Shown piece by piece: positions 51,225 to 62,191 of a DNA stretch of 64,000 nt. Under the pieces are notes generated by a model. It saw nothing but the letters and a program-made list of their open reading frames with translations. It had not been told where the DNA came from and searched no databases. Made by a program: the position numbers and the translations under genes. Every line of letters starts with the position of its first letter. Position 1 is the first letter of the stretch. Source of the DNA: Cyanobacteria bacterium P01_F01_bin.150 (GTDB taxonomy: Bacteria > Cyanobacteriota > Cyanobacteriia > CAKZMO01); contig JBCCYL010000003.1 in assembly GCA_039189765.1 (NCBI GenBank), positions 64,001 through 128,000 of the forward strand, written 5' to 3'.

Positions 51225-52292
51225 TTAAGAGACCAGAATATGGCCCATGCAAAGTCCAATCAGCAGACCAACAGCAGCACTGATAGCAAAGACTTGACTT
51301 CTTGCCCGCTGCGTATATCCCAGAGTTTTCATTTCAACCCAGCCAATTGCCCCTAATCCAAGTCCTCCGATGCCCAAAAACAGCAAAATAGCCATGGGAA
51401 AACGACCAGACACAATTACCGTACGGCCATAGCCCGCAAACAGCCAGTTGGCGCTACTAATGAAAAGAGTTGCAATTCCTGCGACCCATAAGCTGTCAGA
51501 CAAGGCTTTGCGCCAAGACCACCCTAAAAATTTCAAACTGACGATAAGGGTTAACAGGACCAACCCAGCAAACAACAGCGCCCAGAGAGAAAGGCCAATA
51601 CTGACTAGGGTGGCGATCGCACCACACACTGGCAAAAACCAAACCAGCGCCTCATCCCAAGCCACAATCAAGGCACTACTCCAAACCAAAAGTCCTGCCC
51701 CCACTCCCGTCTGATATAGTCCCAGCAAAATTCCCAAACACACATACCCCAGGATTAATAGTGCGAGAGGAGGGCGGGGAAGTTTTGTCCAGTGCTGTAA
51801 AGTAAGACGAGTGTAAGCAGGAGTAGCGAGAGTTTGTGGCCGCGAAAGCGTTACGGAAGCTGGGATCTGGGATCTAGGCAATGTAGCTTCAGGGTTATCA
51901 GGCACAGGAGTAGACAACGGGGTTGCAGTTGATTCTACGACCGGGATTCTTAATTCATCAGGGCGTACAGCCTCGGGTAAGTGCTCAATATCACTCGGCG
52001 AAAATTGAGCACCGTCTAATTGTGCCTGCTCCCAAACAATGCCCTCCAACTGGGCACCACGAACGTTGGCCTTTTTTAGATTGGCTCCCGTGAAATTTGC
52101 GTGGCTGAGGTTTGCTTTATACAGATTAGCGGTGAAAAGATTGGCCTGTTCAAACTGAGCATGGGAGAGATTGGCTCTGCTAAAATCGGCCCCCACCAAC
52201 TCTGCGCCTCTTAAATCAGCGTGACGTAAATCGATCCATTTAAAATTGCGCTTGCCCGTTTTATACAAGTCTAAAAATTCCGCCACATTCAT
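51225..52292 (-). CDS. Pentapeptide-repeat membrane protein
   Basis: Y..GKRNF..IDL.HADL.GAEL..ADFSRANL repeats followed by several TM helices. Confidence 0.88.
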   Translation of the reverse strand: MNVAEFLDLYKTGKRNFKWIDLRHADLRGAELVGADFSRANLSHAQFEQANLFTANLYKANLSHANFTGANLKKANVRGAQLEGIVWEQAQLDGAQFSPSDIEHLPEAVRPDELRIPVVESTATPLSTPVPDNPEATLPRSQIPASVTLSRPQTLATPAYTRLTLQHWTKLPRPPLALLILGYVCLGILLGLYQTGVGAGLLVWSSALIVAWDEALVWFLPVCGAIATLVSIGLSLWALLFAGLVLLTLIVSLKFLGWSWRKALSDSLWVAGIATLFISSANWLFAGYGRTVIVSGRFPMAILLFLGIGGLGLGAIGWVEMKTLGYTQRARSQVFAISAAVGLLIGLCMGHILVS

Positions 52293-52469
52293 ATTGTGCC
52301 TCGTGATGCTGCTATCCTATGGCAAATTATGGCGTAGCATCTGCACAGCGTGAAGGGGAAGGGCGATCGCCTTCATAGAGCTATAGACTTCTTCCAGGAT
52401 TACTGGGAGTCTGCGATCAGGAAAGGCTTCCAGTAAGCTTAAAAGGATTACTAATATAGTGAATGCTCT

Positions 52470-53348
52470 GTGGTATCTCAATTTGTTCAATTGCTGGTCC
52501 GCTCTTCTACCACCCTAATGAAGAGATTAATGTCTTTGACTACGGTTTGGGTCGTGCTGGTTTTAGCTGTTGGGATGCTGAGCGAGCCAGCGTGGGCCGG
52601 AGCATTGCCTCAACTACCGCTGTTTAGGACCCAACATGAATTGAGCGATCGCATTGCATCGTTTCCAAACTGGACCACTAAGCCACCAGTAAAAGACTCT
52701 GAAGGAGATTTGGTCTATCCTGACTGGTTTGAAGGGGAGTGGCAGATGACGTCAACCCTCGTGAATATGGTAGCTCCACTGGCACCTGACGTGATCACGC
52801 CAGGGTTTGAGGGAAATCGGCAGTTTTTAGACCGACCCATTACAGCTCCCATTCGATTTGTCAGAAAGCCGGTGGAAAGCGGTCGGTTTTTGGGCCAAAG
52901 CATTAAGGCACAAGAAAAAGTGGTCTCGGATCGGGCCTTTAATGGGTTAAGTTTGGCGCGGGCTTACCTGGGGGATGAAGCCGTAGATGATGTAAAGGTC
53001 GATCCGGATAATGCTAATCGTCAGATTACGTTTCTAAATGATGGACAACAGTTAAGTTCTACTGTAACGGGACGATTAGTGGAGCAGGCGGCTGACGATA
53101 GATTTACTACGACAGAGATTTTTCAGCAGTTTTTTGGGGGCGATCGCCCCACCATCTACCTAAATGCAGTCGAAAATACAACCGCCTATCATCAGATTGA
53201 TTCCGAAGAGGATGTCCAAACGTCTCCCGTAATTACGGCGGATCAAATTACTGCTATTTACCTATCGCCTCAAGACCCAGACTACTTTAAAGCTAGGGAT
53301 AAACCCGTGGCTCTTTATCGTTATCGCCTGGATCTTAAGCGAGACTGA
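52470..53348 (+). CDS. Conserved exported protein (DUF6816-like)
   Basis: Signal peptide AWA, GDLVYPDWFEGEW, DRAFNG, YLSPQDPDYF...PVALYRY; start uncertain. Confidence 0.75.
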   Translation: MVSQFVQLLVRSSTTLMKRLMSLTTVWVVLVLAVGMLSEPAWAGALPQLPLFRTQHELSDRIASFPNWTTKPPVKDSEGDLVYPDWFEGEWQMTSTLVNMVAPLAPDVITPGFEGNRQFLDRPITAPIRFVRKPVESGRFLGQSIKAQEKVVSDRAFNGLSLARAYLGDEAVDDVKVDPDNANRQITFLNDGQQLSSTVTGRLVEQAADDRFTTTEIFQQFFGGDRPTIYLNAVENTTAYHQIDSEEDVQTSPVITADQITAIYLSPQDPDYFKARDKPVALYRYRLDLKRD

Positions 53349-53374
53349 GGGGCTTGCAAAAAAATGGACTAGCT

Positions 53375-53412
53375 GGTGCGTTACGGCTGTCGCCTACACG
53401 CACCCTACGCGA
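53375..53412 (-). repeat. GTAG-type REP-like palindrome (inverted copy)
   Basis: Reverse complement of 45750-45787 with one mismatch. Confidence 0.85.
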
Positions 53413-53422
53413 GCTGATGCTT

Positions 53423-56400
53423 CTAGACAAAGTCAGCACTGGTGATTTGGTTTACGTCAACTCCGACTAGAATAGCGACTTGATTTTGTCCTTGGGACAG
53501 GATGGTATTGTTGCCCTCTTGAGTCAGGGTGAGTTTATTAAATTTAACGCCTCTCAGCAAATCAGTGCCATCTTGGAATTTGCGAATGGTATCGGGTCCT
53601 CCCTTCTTAGAAAGAACGAAAATATCCTTTCCTCCGCCACCAATTAGCAGGTCTTCCCCTTTACCTCCAACTAATTTATCGTTGCCGCCGCCCCCTTTAA
53701 GAACATCGTTGCCCTTACCGCCTTTGAGAGTGTCATTACCGCCGCCGCCGATTAGGACATCGTCTCCATTGCCGCCCTTAAGATTGTCTCGACCCTGGCC
53801 ACCTACTAGACGATCGTTGCCGTTAAAACCCAGCAATTTATCGTTCCCTCCTTGTCCTTTAATCGTGTCGTTAGCATCGCTACCGACTAGGCGATCGCCA
53901 CTGGCACTACCCACAAGATCTAAGGAAGCAGAAGCACCATCATCGCTTTTAGGGGTAAGAACATCCGTTGAGGTATCCAGGTCATTAGCGGTTGGAGATG
54001 TCGTTGGTGTAGTCGGCGTTATTGTGGCCGTATCATCACTGGGAGTCGTTGTCGGCGTTGTCGGCGTTGTTGTTGGCGTTGTTGTTGGCGTTGTTGTTGG
54101 GGTGGTTATGGGAGGCGTTACTACGACCGGAGCCTCTGCGATGGTGAGAACCATCTGGTTGGCCACGCTTAAGCCAGCTCGGTCTGTGGCCATAACCTCA
54201 AGCGTTAGCTGTCCTACATCACTATCTGTGGGGGTACCGCTAAAGGTTTGGGTATTTCCATTGAAGACTAGCCAACTGGGCAAAGCTGCACCGTTGGATT
54301 GTTTTGCACTAAAGGTTAGGCGATCGCTTGGGTCCACATCTGCAAACGTACCGTCAGGCACAGTCGCCGTAAAGGCAACGGTTGCGGTGGCAGAGGCATC
54401 GGCCAGAGGACTGGCGACAGTGGGGGCATTGTTGGCAATCACATTCAGTTCAAAGGTGTCTTCTGTGGATTGATTATCTTGGTCCGTGGCGGTAACTGTC
54501 ACCCGAATGGTTCCCACATCGCCATCGGTGGGTTGACCACTAAAGGTTTGGGTCATGACATCAAAGGTAAGCCAGCCGGGCAAAACGCTGCCATCGTCAA
54601 GATTTGCCGTATATGTCAATTGATCATTAATATCCACATCTTGGAACGTAAGCGGGTCAACGGCCATATCAAAAGTGGCTCCAGCGATCGCCACCTGGTC
54701 GGCCAGCGGATTGATAGTGGTAGGCGCATCGTTTAATGGTTCCACCAGTAATTCAAAGGTTTCTACTGTGGACACGGTACCATCACTAACGCTAACGCTA
54801 ATGGTGGCTGTACCGACCTGATTAGATTGTGGCGTGACGGTAAGAGTACGACTATCACCACTGCCAGTTATAGCAAGTCCATCCACTGTCACTAGATCGG
54901 GATTTGAAGAGGTAGCAACAACCGCAAGCGCCCCAGAGGGGGTTTCAGTATCGCTCAAATTGTTAATCTCAACAGTGACGCTGGTGTCCTCATCAAGGGT
55001 TTGGTCGCTGATGGCATCCATTTGAGGCGCATCATTGCTTGCAGCAACAGTGACATCAAACTGGGTAGAGACCTCATCGGTGCCATCACTGGTAGTAACG
55101 GTGACAGTCGCACGTCCTGACTGGTCCGCAGCAGGGGTAATGGAAAGGCTGCGATCGCTCCCCGTCCCGTCTAAGACCAAACCGGATTGGGGCAATAACG
55201 CTGAATCGGACGAAGTAACACTTACCGTCAGATTGTCAGGATCGAGTTCTAAATCATCCAATCGAATGGCGATCGCATCAATCACCCCATCTTCATCCAC
55301 CGTCTGGTCGGCGATCGCCTCGATCATTGGCACATCATTTACGGCTTCTACATCCACCGTAAAGCTATCGGTAGTGATATTTGTGCCATCATTTACCGTT
55401 ATCGTTAGTGTCGTTGTGCCAAAGGCATTCGCGACAGGTTCCAAACTGAGAGTGCGATTTTCGCCATTGCCGCCAAGCATAATATTGGCATCGGGCAAGA
55501 GCCCAGGATTGGAGGACGTAACCGTCACCAGCAAGTTGTTGGCATTAGTTTCCAAGTCGCTAACTGTAAATGGAATATTGGTAAGGGGGGTATCTTCTAG
55601 TGTTGTTTGGGCGATTGGAACCTGTAGCGTTGGCGCATCATCAACCGGATCAACAACAACATCAAAGATTTGGGTGGCGGTAGCAAAGCCATCACTGAGG
55701 GTAAGGGTAATGGTGCTGGAACCAATAGCATTGGCGCTAGGAGTAATAGATAGAGTGCGATCGCTGCCTGAGCCTTCCACCACAATATTATTGACGGGAA
55801 TCAGTTCAGGATTGGAGGACGCTGCCGTAATCGTCAACGCTCCCGCTGGGCTTTCCACATCAGATACTTGAACCGAAATATTGGTAAGGGATGTATCTTC
55901 CGCCGTGCGTTGAGTGGCGATTGGCCCTAAAACTGGCGCATCGTTATCCGGCACCACCGTAATTTCAAAGGTTTGGGTAGAGATATTGGTGCCGTCGCTA
56001 ACCTTTACGGTAATTTCAGTGGTGCCAAACTGATCGGGGGCAGGCAGGATCGTCAAACTGCGATTGGCGGTTGTCCCAGTAATCGTGATATTTTCGTCAG
56101 GAATCAACACCGTATCGGTGGACGTAGCACTGACCAATAAGGCACCAACTGGGTTGTCAGAATCCGCAACCACAAACTCAATGGGGGCAGAAAGCGTATC
56201 TTCTAAGGTGCTCTGTGCATCAATAACCGACACAATGGGCGCATCGTTATCGGCTCCAACGGTCACAGCAAAAGAGGTCTCTGTGGTTTTATCTCCATCA
56301 GTGACCATTAGGGTAACAGTGGTGCTGCCGGACTGATCAGCCTCTGGGGTAAGCACTAGGGAGCGACTAGTGCCAGTCCCGCTGATAGCGATGCCGTTGG

Positions 56401-59400
56401 GCGTCAGCAGATCTAAGTTAGAAGAGGTCGCAGTAATGCTTAACCCGCCGATGTCGGAGTCAATATCATCCACGGTAAAGGGAATGGCATTGGAAAATCC
56501 ATCTTCAGAAATCGCCTGATTGGAAATAGTTGAGATGCTGGGAGCATCATTGACGGGAGTAACCGTTAACTCAAAGTCTTGGCTGCTGGATGTAATTCCA
56601 TCACTAACCGTCACGGTAACCATGGTGGTTCCAGATGCATCTTCGGCTGGAGTAATGGCGATCGCCCGTTCACTGCCCGTGCCCGCAATGGTAATATTTT
56701 CGTCCGGAACCAAAGCACCGTCAGCCGCTGTGGCCGTAACGGTAAGCTCCCCAGCGCTATGGTCAAGATCAGAGATGGTAACCATGATTGGAGAAGTTGT
56801 GCCGTCTTCTGCAACCGACTGATCTGCTATTACAGATAGGGTAGGAGCATCATTTTCAGCAGCGACAATCACCTCAAACATCTCAGTTGTTGTAATGTCG
56901 CCATCGTCCACCAAAAGAGTAATAGTAGCCGTGCCGCTGCTGTTGCTGACGGGAGAAATGCTTAGGGTGCGGTCATTTCCCCTACCGCCAAGGATAATTT
57001 GGCTGGAGGGAATTAAAGCCGAATTGTCAGAGGTGGCCGTAACCGTGATCGCCTCAGCATCCGTTTCCAAATCATCAACGGTAAAGTTTAAGGCTGCAAC
57101 GGTGCCATCTTCTGCAATTAGCTGGTCGGCGATCGCAGTAATCGTCGGCTGATCGTTGACTGCATTGACAACCACATCAAAGGTCTGGGTGACGGTGGCT
57201 TCTCCATCATTAACGGCAATAGTAATCGCCGTAGTGCCGGACAAATCGGCATTGGGAGTAATAGTTAGAAATCGCTCGCTGCCTGTGCCCGTAATGACAA
57301 TATTGTTGTTGGGGACTAAGGTGGTGTTAGAAGACGTAGCCGTGACCAGTAGGTTTTCCGCTGCCGTTTCAATATCACCAATGGCGATCGCCAGCCCGTC
57401 TATGGGAGTGTCCTCATCGGTTATTTGGGTGGCGATCGCCGCTAACGTGGGTTGATCATTATCAGGGACGACCACAACTTCAAAGGTCTCTTCTGTCAGT
57501 AGGCTGCCATCATTGACGCCAAGGGTAATCATGGTAGTGCCAAATTGATTCACCGCAGGGGTGACGGTGATCGTCCGATTTGCGCCGTTGCCACCTAGGG
57601 TAATCGCGCCATTGGGAATCAGCGCTTGATTGGAGGATATAGCCGTAACCACCAGGTCTTCAGTTAGGGTCTCCACATCACCAATGGTAAAGCTGATCGC
57701 CTCACTCCGGCTATCTTCGACGATGATCTGATTGCCAATGGAGCTGAGGGTCGGTGCATCATTCTCCTCTCCCACTGACAAATTAAAGGTTTCCGTTATC
57801 CGATCAACCCCATCGTTAACGGTGATAGTGATAATAGCTGAACCAGAGGTATTGCTGGCAGGGTTTAGGGTCAGCGTTCGATCTTGACCCGAACCGCCTA
57901 GAACAATGCCATTAGCTGGCAGTAAATCGGGGTTGGAGGATGTCGCGGTAATGATTAGACTATCCGGAGCCGTCTCCACATCACTAACGCTAAAGGTCAG
58001 CCCTGAGACCGTCTCGTCTTCTCCGATCGCCTGGTCTTCAATGGCCGTAATCGTGGGCAAATCGTTTTCGGGAGAGACAACCACATCAAAGGTTTGAGAA
58101 ACCGTATTATTTCCGTCATCCTCTAGCTGAACCGTAATGGTTGCCGTGCCAAAAGCATTGGCCACAGGGGTAAAGGAAAGCGTTCGAGCGGTACCGCTAC
58201 CGCTGACCACAATGGCGTCATTGGGCAATAGATCCGTATTATCTGAACTCGCGGCAATGGTGAACAAACTGGTGGGAGTATCCACATCATTGACGCTAAA
58301 AGGAATGGATACCGTATTGCTATCCTCCAAAAGCTGCTGGTCGTTAAAGATGGACAGCACAGGGGCGTCGTTTTCTGGAGCTACCACTACATCAAAGGTC
58401 TCGGTAGTAGTGTTCAGCCCATCTTCAACCGTTACGGTAATCGTGGCGGTGCCAAACTGATCGGCGGCGGGGGTAATGGTTAGGGTGCGATCGCCCCCAA
58501 TCCCCGATAGCTGAATATTGTCGTTGGGAATCAGGGTTGTATCAGAGGACATGGCCTGAACCGTCAACGTGTGAATGGCATCATCCACATCATCGATTTG
58601 AACGGCGATCGCCTCCGTTACCCCATCTTCAGCAATTGCCTGGTCGCCAATACTGCTAATAGTAGGGGCATCGTTTTCCGGCGATACGGTGACGCTAAAG
58701 GTCTCAGTGGTGGTGAGGTTTCCATCCCCCACAGTAATCGTAATATCGGTAGTCCCCGTTTGATTGGCTATCGGATCAATGGTGATAGTGCGGCTATCTC
58801 CCGTCCCCGTGGCCACTAAGCTATCCACCAGCGTCGTATTGGAGGAGCTAACGTTAACAGTTAACGTATCGCTGGCGGTTTCAGCATCACCAATGGTAAA
58901 CGTAAAGGCATTATTGGTGCTGTCTTCAAGGATGACGCGATCGCTAACCGCACTAATGGTGGGGGCATCGTTTTCTGGATCGACCGTAACCGTAAAGGTT
59001 TCTTCAGTTGTGTTTTCCCCATCCGTAACGCTGAGGGTAATTATGGCAGTCCCTGACTGATTTGGCTCAGGGGTGATAGAAAGGGTTCGAGCGTCGCCAA
59101 ACCCCAGTAACTCAATATTGTCATTGGCAATCAAAGCCTGATTATCCGAGACAGCGGTGACCTGGAGAGCAAGGGACGGAGATTCAATATCACTGATGGT
59201 AAAGGGAATCGCCGTAATTGCTGTGTCTTCCGTGGTTGTTTGATCGCTAACGGCATTGATAGTGGGAGCATCATTATCAGGCGTTATGGTGACATCAAAG
59301 GTCTCCGTAACGGCATCAGCGCCATCATCCACTGTCAGAGTAATCGTGGCCGTGCCGTATCCATCGGCGGCTGGGGTCACGGTGATGGTGCGATTCTCCC

Positions 59401-61714
59401 CGGCTCCATCAATTTGAATATTACCATCGGGAATTAGGGTGCCATTGGAAGAGACTGCGGTTACGGTCAGATTTGCCGCAGCTGTTTCCAAATCACCAAC
59501 CGTAAAGGCTAGCGCAGCAGTGCTACCGTCCTCGATAATCTGTTGATTATCAACGGAGCTAATCGTCGGTAGATCATTTACGGGCGTCACGGCAACCTCA
59601 AAGGTCTCCGTGGAACTCTTGTCGCCATCGCTAATGGTTAAGGTAATCGTTGCCGTGCCGTTAGCATCTGCCGCTGGGGTCACGGTAACCGTGCGGTTCT
59701 CTCCGGTTCCAGTGACGACGATGTTACCGTCAGAGATTAGCGTGGTATCCGAGGAGCTACCCACAACCGTTAAGCCGTTGACGTTGGAATCAATATCGCT
59801 GAGGGTAAAGGCGATCGCCCCCGTATTTCCATCCTCGTCAATTACCTGATCCGCAATAGTTGTACTGATAGGCGTATCATTAACCGGATCCACGGTAATC
59901 GCAAACATTTGACTAGCGGTTTTATCCCCATCACTTACAGTCACGGTAATATCGGCAGTTCCGACCCCATCCGTAACGGGATTCACCACTAGGGTGCGAT
60001 TGGCCCCCGTGCCAAACACCTCAATGCCCGCATTGGCCACCACCGAGGAGTCAGAGGAGGTCGCGGTAATCGTTAATTCGCCCGAATCGTTGTCGATATC
60101 CCCCAGAGTTAGGGCAATGGCTTGGCTGGGGGTGTCTTCATCGGTATTTTGATTGGCGATCGCTGCAATAGTCGGGGCATCGTTATCTGGATTAACCGTA
60201 ACCTCAAAGGTTTGCTGAGTGGTATTTACACCATCGCTAACGTTAACCGTAATTACCGCAGTTCCAAATTGATCAGCGGTCGGGCTTAAACTAATGCTCT
60301 GATTAGCCCCCGTTCCGTTGACCGTAATAGCATTGTCAGCAATTAAAGCCTGGTTGGAGGATGTCGCTGTTACCGTCAAGCTATCGGTCAATGTTTCCTG
60401 ATCGCCAATAGTAAAGGCGACATTTGCAAGATCCGTGTCTTCTAGAGTTTCCTGATTGGCGATCGCACTCACCGTTGGCGCATCGTTGACCTCATTGACC
60501 TGGACATCAAATGTCTCCGTTGTAGTATTTACACCATCACTGACCTGGAGCGTAATTGTGGCTTGCCCTGACGCTTCAGCTACGGGGGTGACAGTAACGC
60601 TACGATCAGCCCCAGTACCGCTGATCACAATATCACCGTCGGCCACAATCCCCTGATCGCTGGATACGGCAGAAACCGTTAAATTACCGGCATTCGTTTC
60701 TTCATCACCAACGGTAAAGGATAGGGCTGTCGTACTGCCATCTTCGTCAATGGCCTGATCCGCAACCGCGCTAATCGTAGGCGCATCATTTTCCGCCGTA
60801 ACGGTAACGGTAAAGATTTCTTCTGTGACGTTAATGCCGTCGCTAACGGTAACGGTAATAATGGCCGTCCCAGATTGGTTCGCAGCGGGGAGAAAGGCAA
60901 TGGATTGATTGTTGCCTGTTCCTACTACCTGGATATTCTCATCAGGAAACAGGGCCAAATTACTGGATGATGTGGTGATAATCAGGTCATTGGCATCGAT
61001 AGTCTCAGTATCGGCGATGGTAAAGGCCAAAACTGTTGCATTAGCATCTTCCGCAATAATCTGATCGTCAATGGCACTAATGGTCGGCGGGGTGTTGAAA
61101 ACACCCGCGTAGGTTTGTTGTGTATCGGGGGCGATCGCAATGCTCGATTGTAAATCAGCCGCCAGTTCTCCAATACGATGCTCCAGCCCCCACACGCCTC
61201 CAAGCAAGGCATTTCCAACCTTATACGCCGATGCCGCAATGCTAGCTCCAGTCAGTTGGTGTAGTGTCCTCAGAAAAGATGGAGCAGACAATTGAGAGGC
61301 ATGCTCAAGGGATGCAGCCACTTCACAGGCATAAAGGCAAATTTCAACAACCCCCCAGGATTGCAGCAACAGGCGGTACTGCTCTAAATCCGCAGAGGTA
61401 ACCGTCTGTCCTCCTAAAGACAACTGCCCTGGAGCACCGTGACAGAAAATATGGAGATGGGTAATGGGATTGCTTTGAAGGGTAGCAGTGGCGATCGCAT
61501 CGCTGATCTCCTGTAGACCACCATTTGCATTTAGAACCAGCGAAGTCGCATTTGAAGAGAGGCCATTAACCAGCGCTTGAGGGTCGTCTACAAGGGAATC
61601 AATCACGACCAAAAGATTGGGCGTGGGTTTGAGATTTAAAGTTGAATAAGAAGCAGTTCCGGAAAGAGTCTGGCCGAAATTTAGAGTATTGGTAGTCTGA
61701 CCCACAAGCGCCAT
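53423..61714 (-). CDS. Giant RTX adhesin: DUF4347-like N-terminus, 21 cadherin-like repeats, 2 He_PIG/CADG-like domains, Thr/Pro linker, RTX tail
   Basis: LHIFCHGAPGQL.LG and LYACEVA; about 101-aa NDAPT...DQ...ED repeats; LPGWLTFD/LPSWLVFN; GGGGNDxL; C-terminal ADFV. Confidence 0.92.
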   Translation of the reverse strand: MALVGQTTNTLNFGQTLSGTASYSTLNLKPTPNLLVVIDSLVDDPQALVNGLSSNATSLVLNANGGLQEISDAIATATLQSNPITHLHIFCHGAPGQLSLGGQTVTSADLEQYRLLLQSWGVVEICLYACEVAASLEHASQLSAPSFLRTLHQLTGASIAASAYKVGNALLGGVWGLEHRIGELAADLQSSIAIAPDTQQTYAGVFNTPPTISAIDDQIIAEDANATVLAFTIADTETIDANDLIITTSSSNLALFPDENIQVVGTGNNQSIAFLPAANQSGTAIITVTVSDGINVTEEIFTVTVTAENDAPTISAVADQAIDEDGSTTALSFTVGDEETNAGNLTVSAVSSDQGIVADGDIVISGTGADRSVTVTPVAEASGQATITLQVSDGVNTTTETFDVQVNEVNDAPTVSAIANQETLEDTDLANVAFTIGDQETLTDSLTVTATSSNQALIADNAITVNGTGANQSISLSPTADQFGTAVITVNVSDGVNTTQQTFEVTVNPDNDAPTIAAIANQNTDEDTPSQAIALTLGDIDNDSGELTITATSSDSSVVANAGIEVFGTGANRTLVVNPVTDGVGTADITVTVSDGDKTASQMFAITVDPVNDTPISTTIADQVIDEDGNTGAIAFTLSDIDSNVNGLTVVGSSSDTTLISDGNIVVTGTGENRTVTVTPAADANGTATITLTISDGDKSSTETFEVAVTPVNDLPTISSVDNQQIIEDGSTAALAFTVGDLETAAANLTVTAVSSNGTLIPDGNIQIDGAGENRTITVTPAADGYGTATITLTVDDGADAVTETFDVTITPDNDAPTINAVSDQTTTEDTAITAIPFTISDIESPSLALQVTAVSDNQALIANDNIELLGFGDARTLSITPEPNQSGTAIITLSVTDGENTTEETFTVTVDPENDAPTISAVSDRVILEDSTNNAFTFTIGDAETASDTLTVNVSSSNTTLVDSLVATGTGDSRTITIDPIANQTGTTDITITVGDGNLTTTETFSVTVSPENDAPTISSIGDQAIAEDGVTEAIAVQIDDVDDAIHTLTVQAMSSDTTLIPNDNIQLSGIGGDRTLTITPAADQFGTATITVTVEDGLNTTTETFDVVVAPENDAPVLSIFNDQQLLEDSNTVSIPFSVNDVDTPTSLFTIAASSDNTDLLPNDAIVVSGSGTARTLSFTPVANAFGTATITVQLEDDGNNTVSQTFDVVVSPENDLPTITAIEDQAIGEDETVSGLTFSVSDVETAPDSLIITATSSNPDLLPANGIVLGGSGQDRTLTLNPASNTSGSAIITITVNDGVDRITETFNLSVGEENDAPTLSSIGNQIIVEDSRSEAISFTIGDVETLTEDLVVTAISSNQALIPNGAITLGGNGANRTITVTPAVNQFGTTMITLGVNDGSLLTEETFEVVVVPDNDQPTLAAIATQITDEDTPIDGLAIAIGDIETAAENLLVTATSSNTTLVPNNNIVITGTGSERFLTITPNADLSGTTAITIAVNDGEATVTQTFDVVVNAVNDQPTITAIADQLIAEDGTVAALNFTVDDLETDAEAITVTATSDNSALIPSSQIILGGRGNDRTLSISPVSNSSGTATITLLVDDGDITTTEMFEVIVAAENDAPTLSVIADQSVAEDGTTSPIMVTISDLDHSAGELTVTATAADGALVPDENITIAGTGSERAIAITPAEDASGTTMVTVTVSDGITSSSQDFELTVTPVNDAPSISTISNQAISEDGFSNAIPFTVDDIDSDIGGLSITATSSNLDLLTPNGIAISGTGTSRSLVLTPEADQSGSTTVTLMVTDGDKTTETSFAVTVGADNDAPIVSVIDAQSTLEDTLSAPIEFVVADSDNPVGALLVSATSTDTVLIPDENITITGTTANRSLTILPAPDQFGTTEITVKVSDGTNISTQTFEITVVPDNDAPVLGPIATQRTAEDTSLTNISVQVSDVESPAGALTITAASSNPELIPVNNIVVEGSGSDRTLSITPSANAIGSSTITLTLSDGFATATQIFDVVVDPVDDAPTLQVPIAQTTLEDTPLTNIPFTVSDLETNANNLLVTVTSSNPGLLPDANIMLGGNGENRTLSLEPVANAFGTTTLTITVNDGTNITTDSFTVDVEAVNDVPMIEAIADQTVDEDGVIDAIAIRLDDLELDPDNLTVSVTSSDSALLPQSGLVLDGTGSDRSLSITPAADQSGRATVTVTTSDGTDEVSTQFDVTVAASNDAPQMDAISDQTLDEDTSVTVEINNLSDTETPSGALAVVATSSNPDLVTVDGLAITGSGDSRTLTVTPQSNQVGTATISVSVSDGTVSTVETFELLVEPLNDAPTTINPLADQVAIAGATFDMAVDPLTFQDVDINDQLTYTANLDDGSVLPGWLTFDVMTQTFSGQPTDGDVGTIRVTVTATDQDNQSTEDTFELNVIANNAPTVASPLADASATATVAFTATVPDGTFADVDPSDRLTFSAKQSNGAALPSWLVFNGNTQTFSGTPTDSDVGQLTLEVMATDRAGLSVANQMVLTIAEAPVVVTPPITTPTTTPTTTPTTTPTTPTTTPSDDTATITPTTPTTSPTANDLDTSTDVLTPKSDDGASASLDLVGSASGDRLVGSDANDTIKGQGGNDKLLGFNGNDRLVGGQGRDNLKGGNGDDVLIGGGGNDTLKGGKGNDVLKGGGGNDKLVGGKGEDLLIGGGGKDIFVLSKKGGPDTIRKFQDGTDLLRGVKFNKLTLTQEGNNTILSQGQNQVAILVGVDVNQITSADFV

Positions 61715-61866
61715 AGATAAAAGATCCCCTTAGTTAGTCTTGCAGCTCCCTGAAAAGTATTCAGACAGTTTGCATCTGGAGACCAGACCACCTATTGCTC
61801 AATGGACGTCACTTATTCGGGGTCACGAAATCGACTGCATTAAAGAATCTAATACGCAGTAAGGCT

Positions 61867-61949
61867 ATTTCTGAAAAAGAATTTACCGCTTGTAGGATGG
61901 GTTAGCGATAGCGTAACCCATCTGCGTTGGTATATTTATTTCAAGAAAT
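61867..61949. mobile_element. MITE-like element enclosing a GTAG REP hairpin
   Basis: Imperfect inverted ends ATTTCTGAAAAAGAATTTACC / GGTATATTTATTTCAAGAAAT around GTAGGATGGGTTAGCGATAGCGTAACCCATC. Confidence 0.55.
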
Positions 61950-62191
61950 CACTTAAGTGCATTTAATCCTACATTGCAGAGTGCTATTCGTTGGTTCTAT
62001 TGCAATCGACAGAAGCCAACCAATGCTTAGCGCTCAAACCTGTTCCTGATTCAGTGATAGTACGCGATTAGCAGATAGACAGTTTGATCTGAACATCAAA
62101 AAGTATGGCACCACGTAAATTACTTCCTAATCAGAAAAATCACCGATTTGAGTTCAAAGCCAGATAGATATGGGGGCAGAGGCAGGTTAGA

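Noticed and set aside
53529..60656. Many long antisense ORFs over the RTX, cadherin and haemagglutinin genes (also 10946-11548, 16643-17188)
   Set aside because: Shadow frames of repetitive Gly/Thr/Asp-rich coding sequence; low complexity and no motifs
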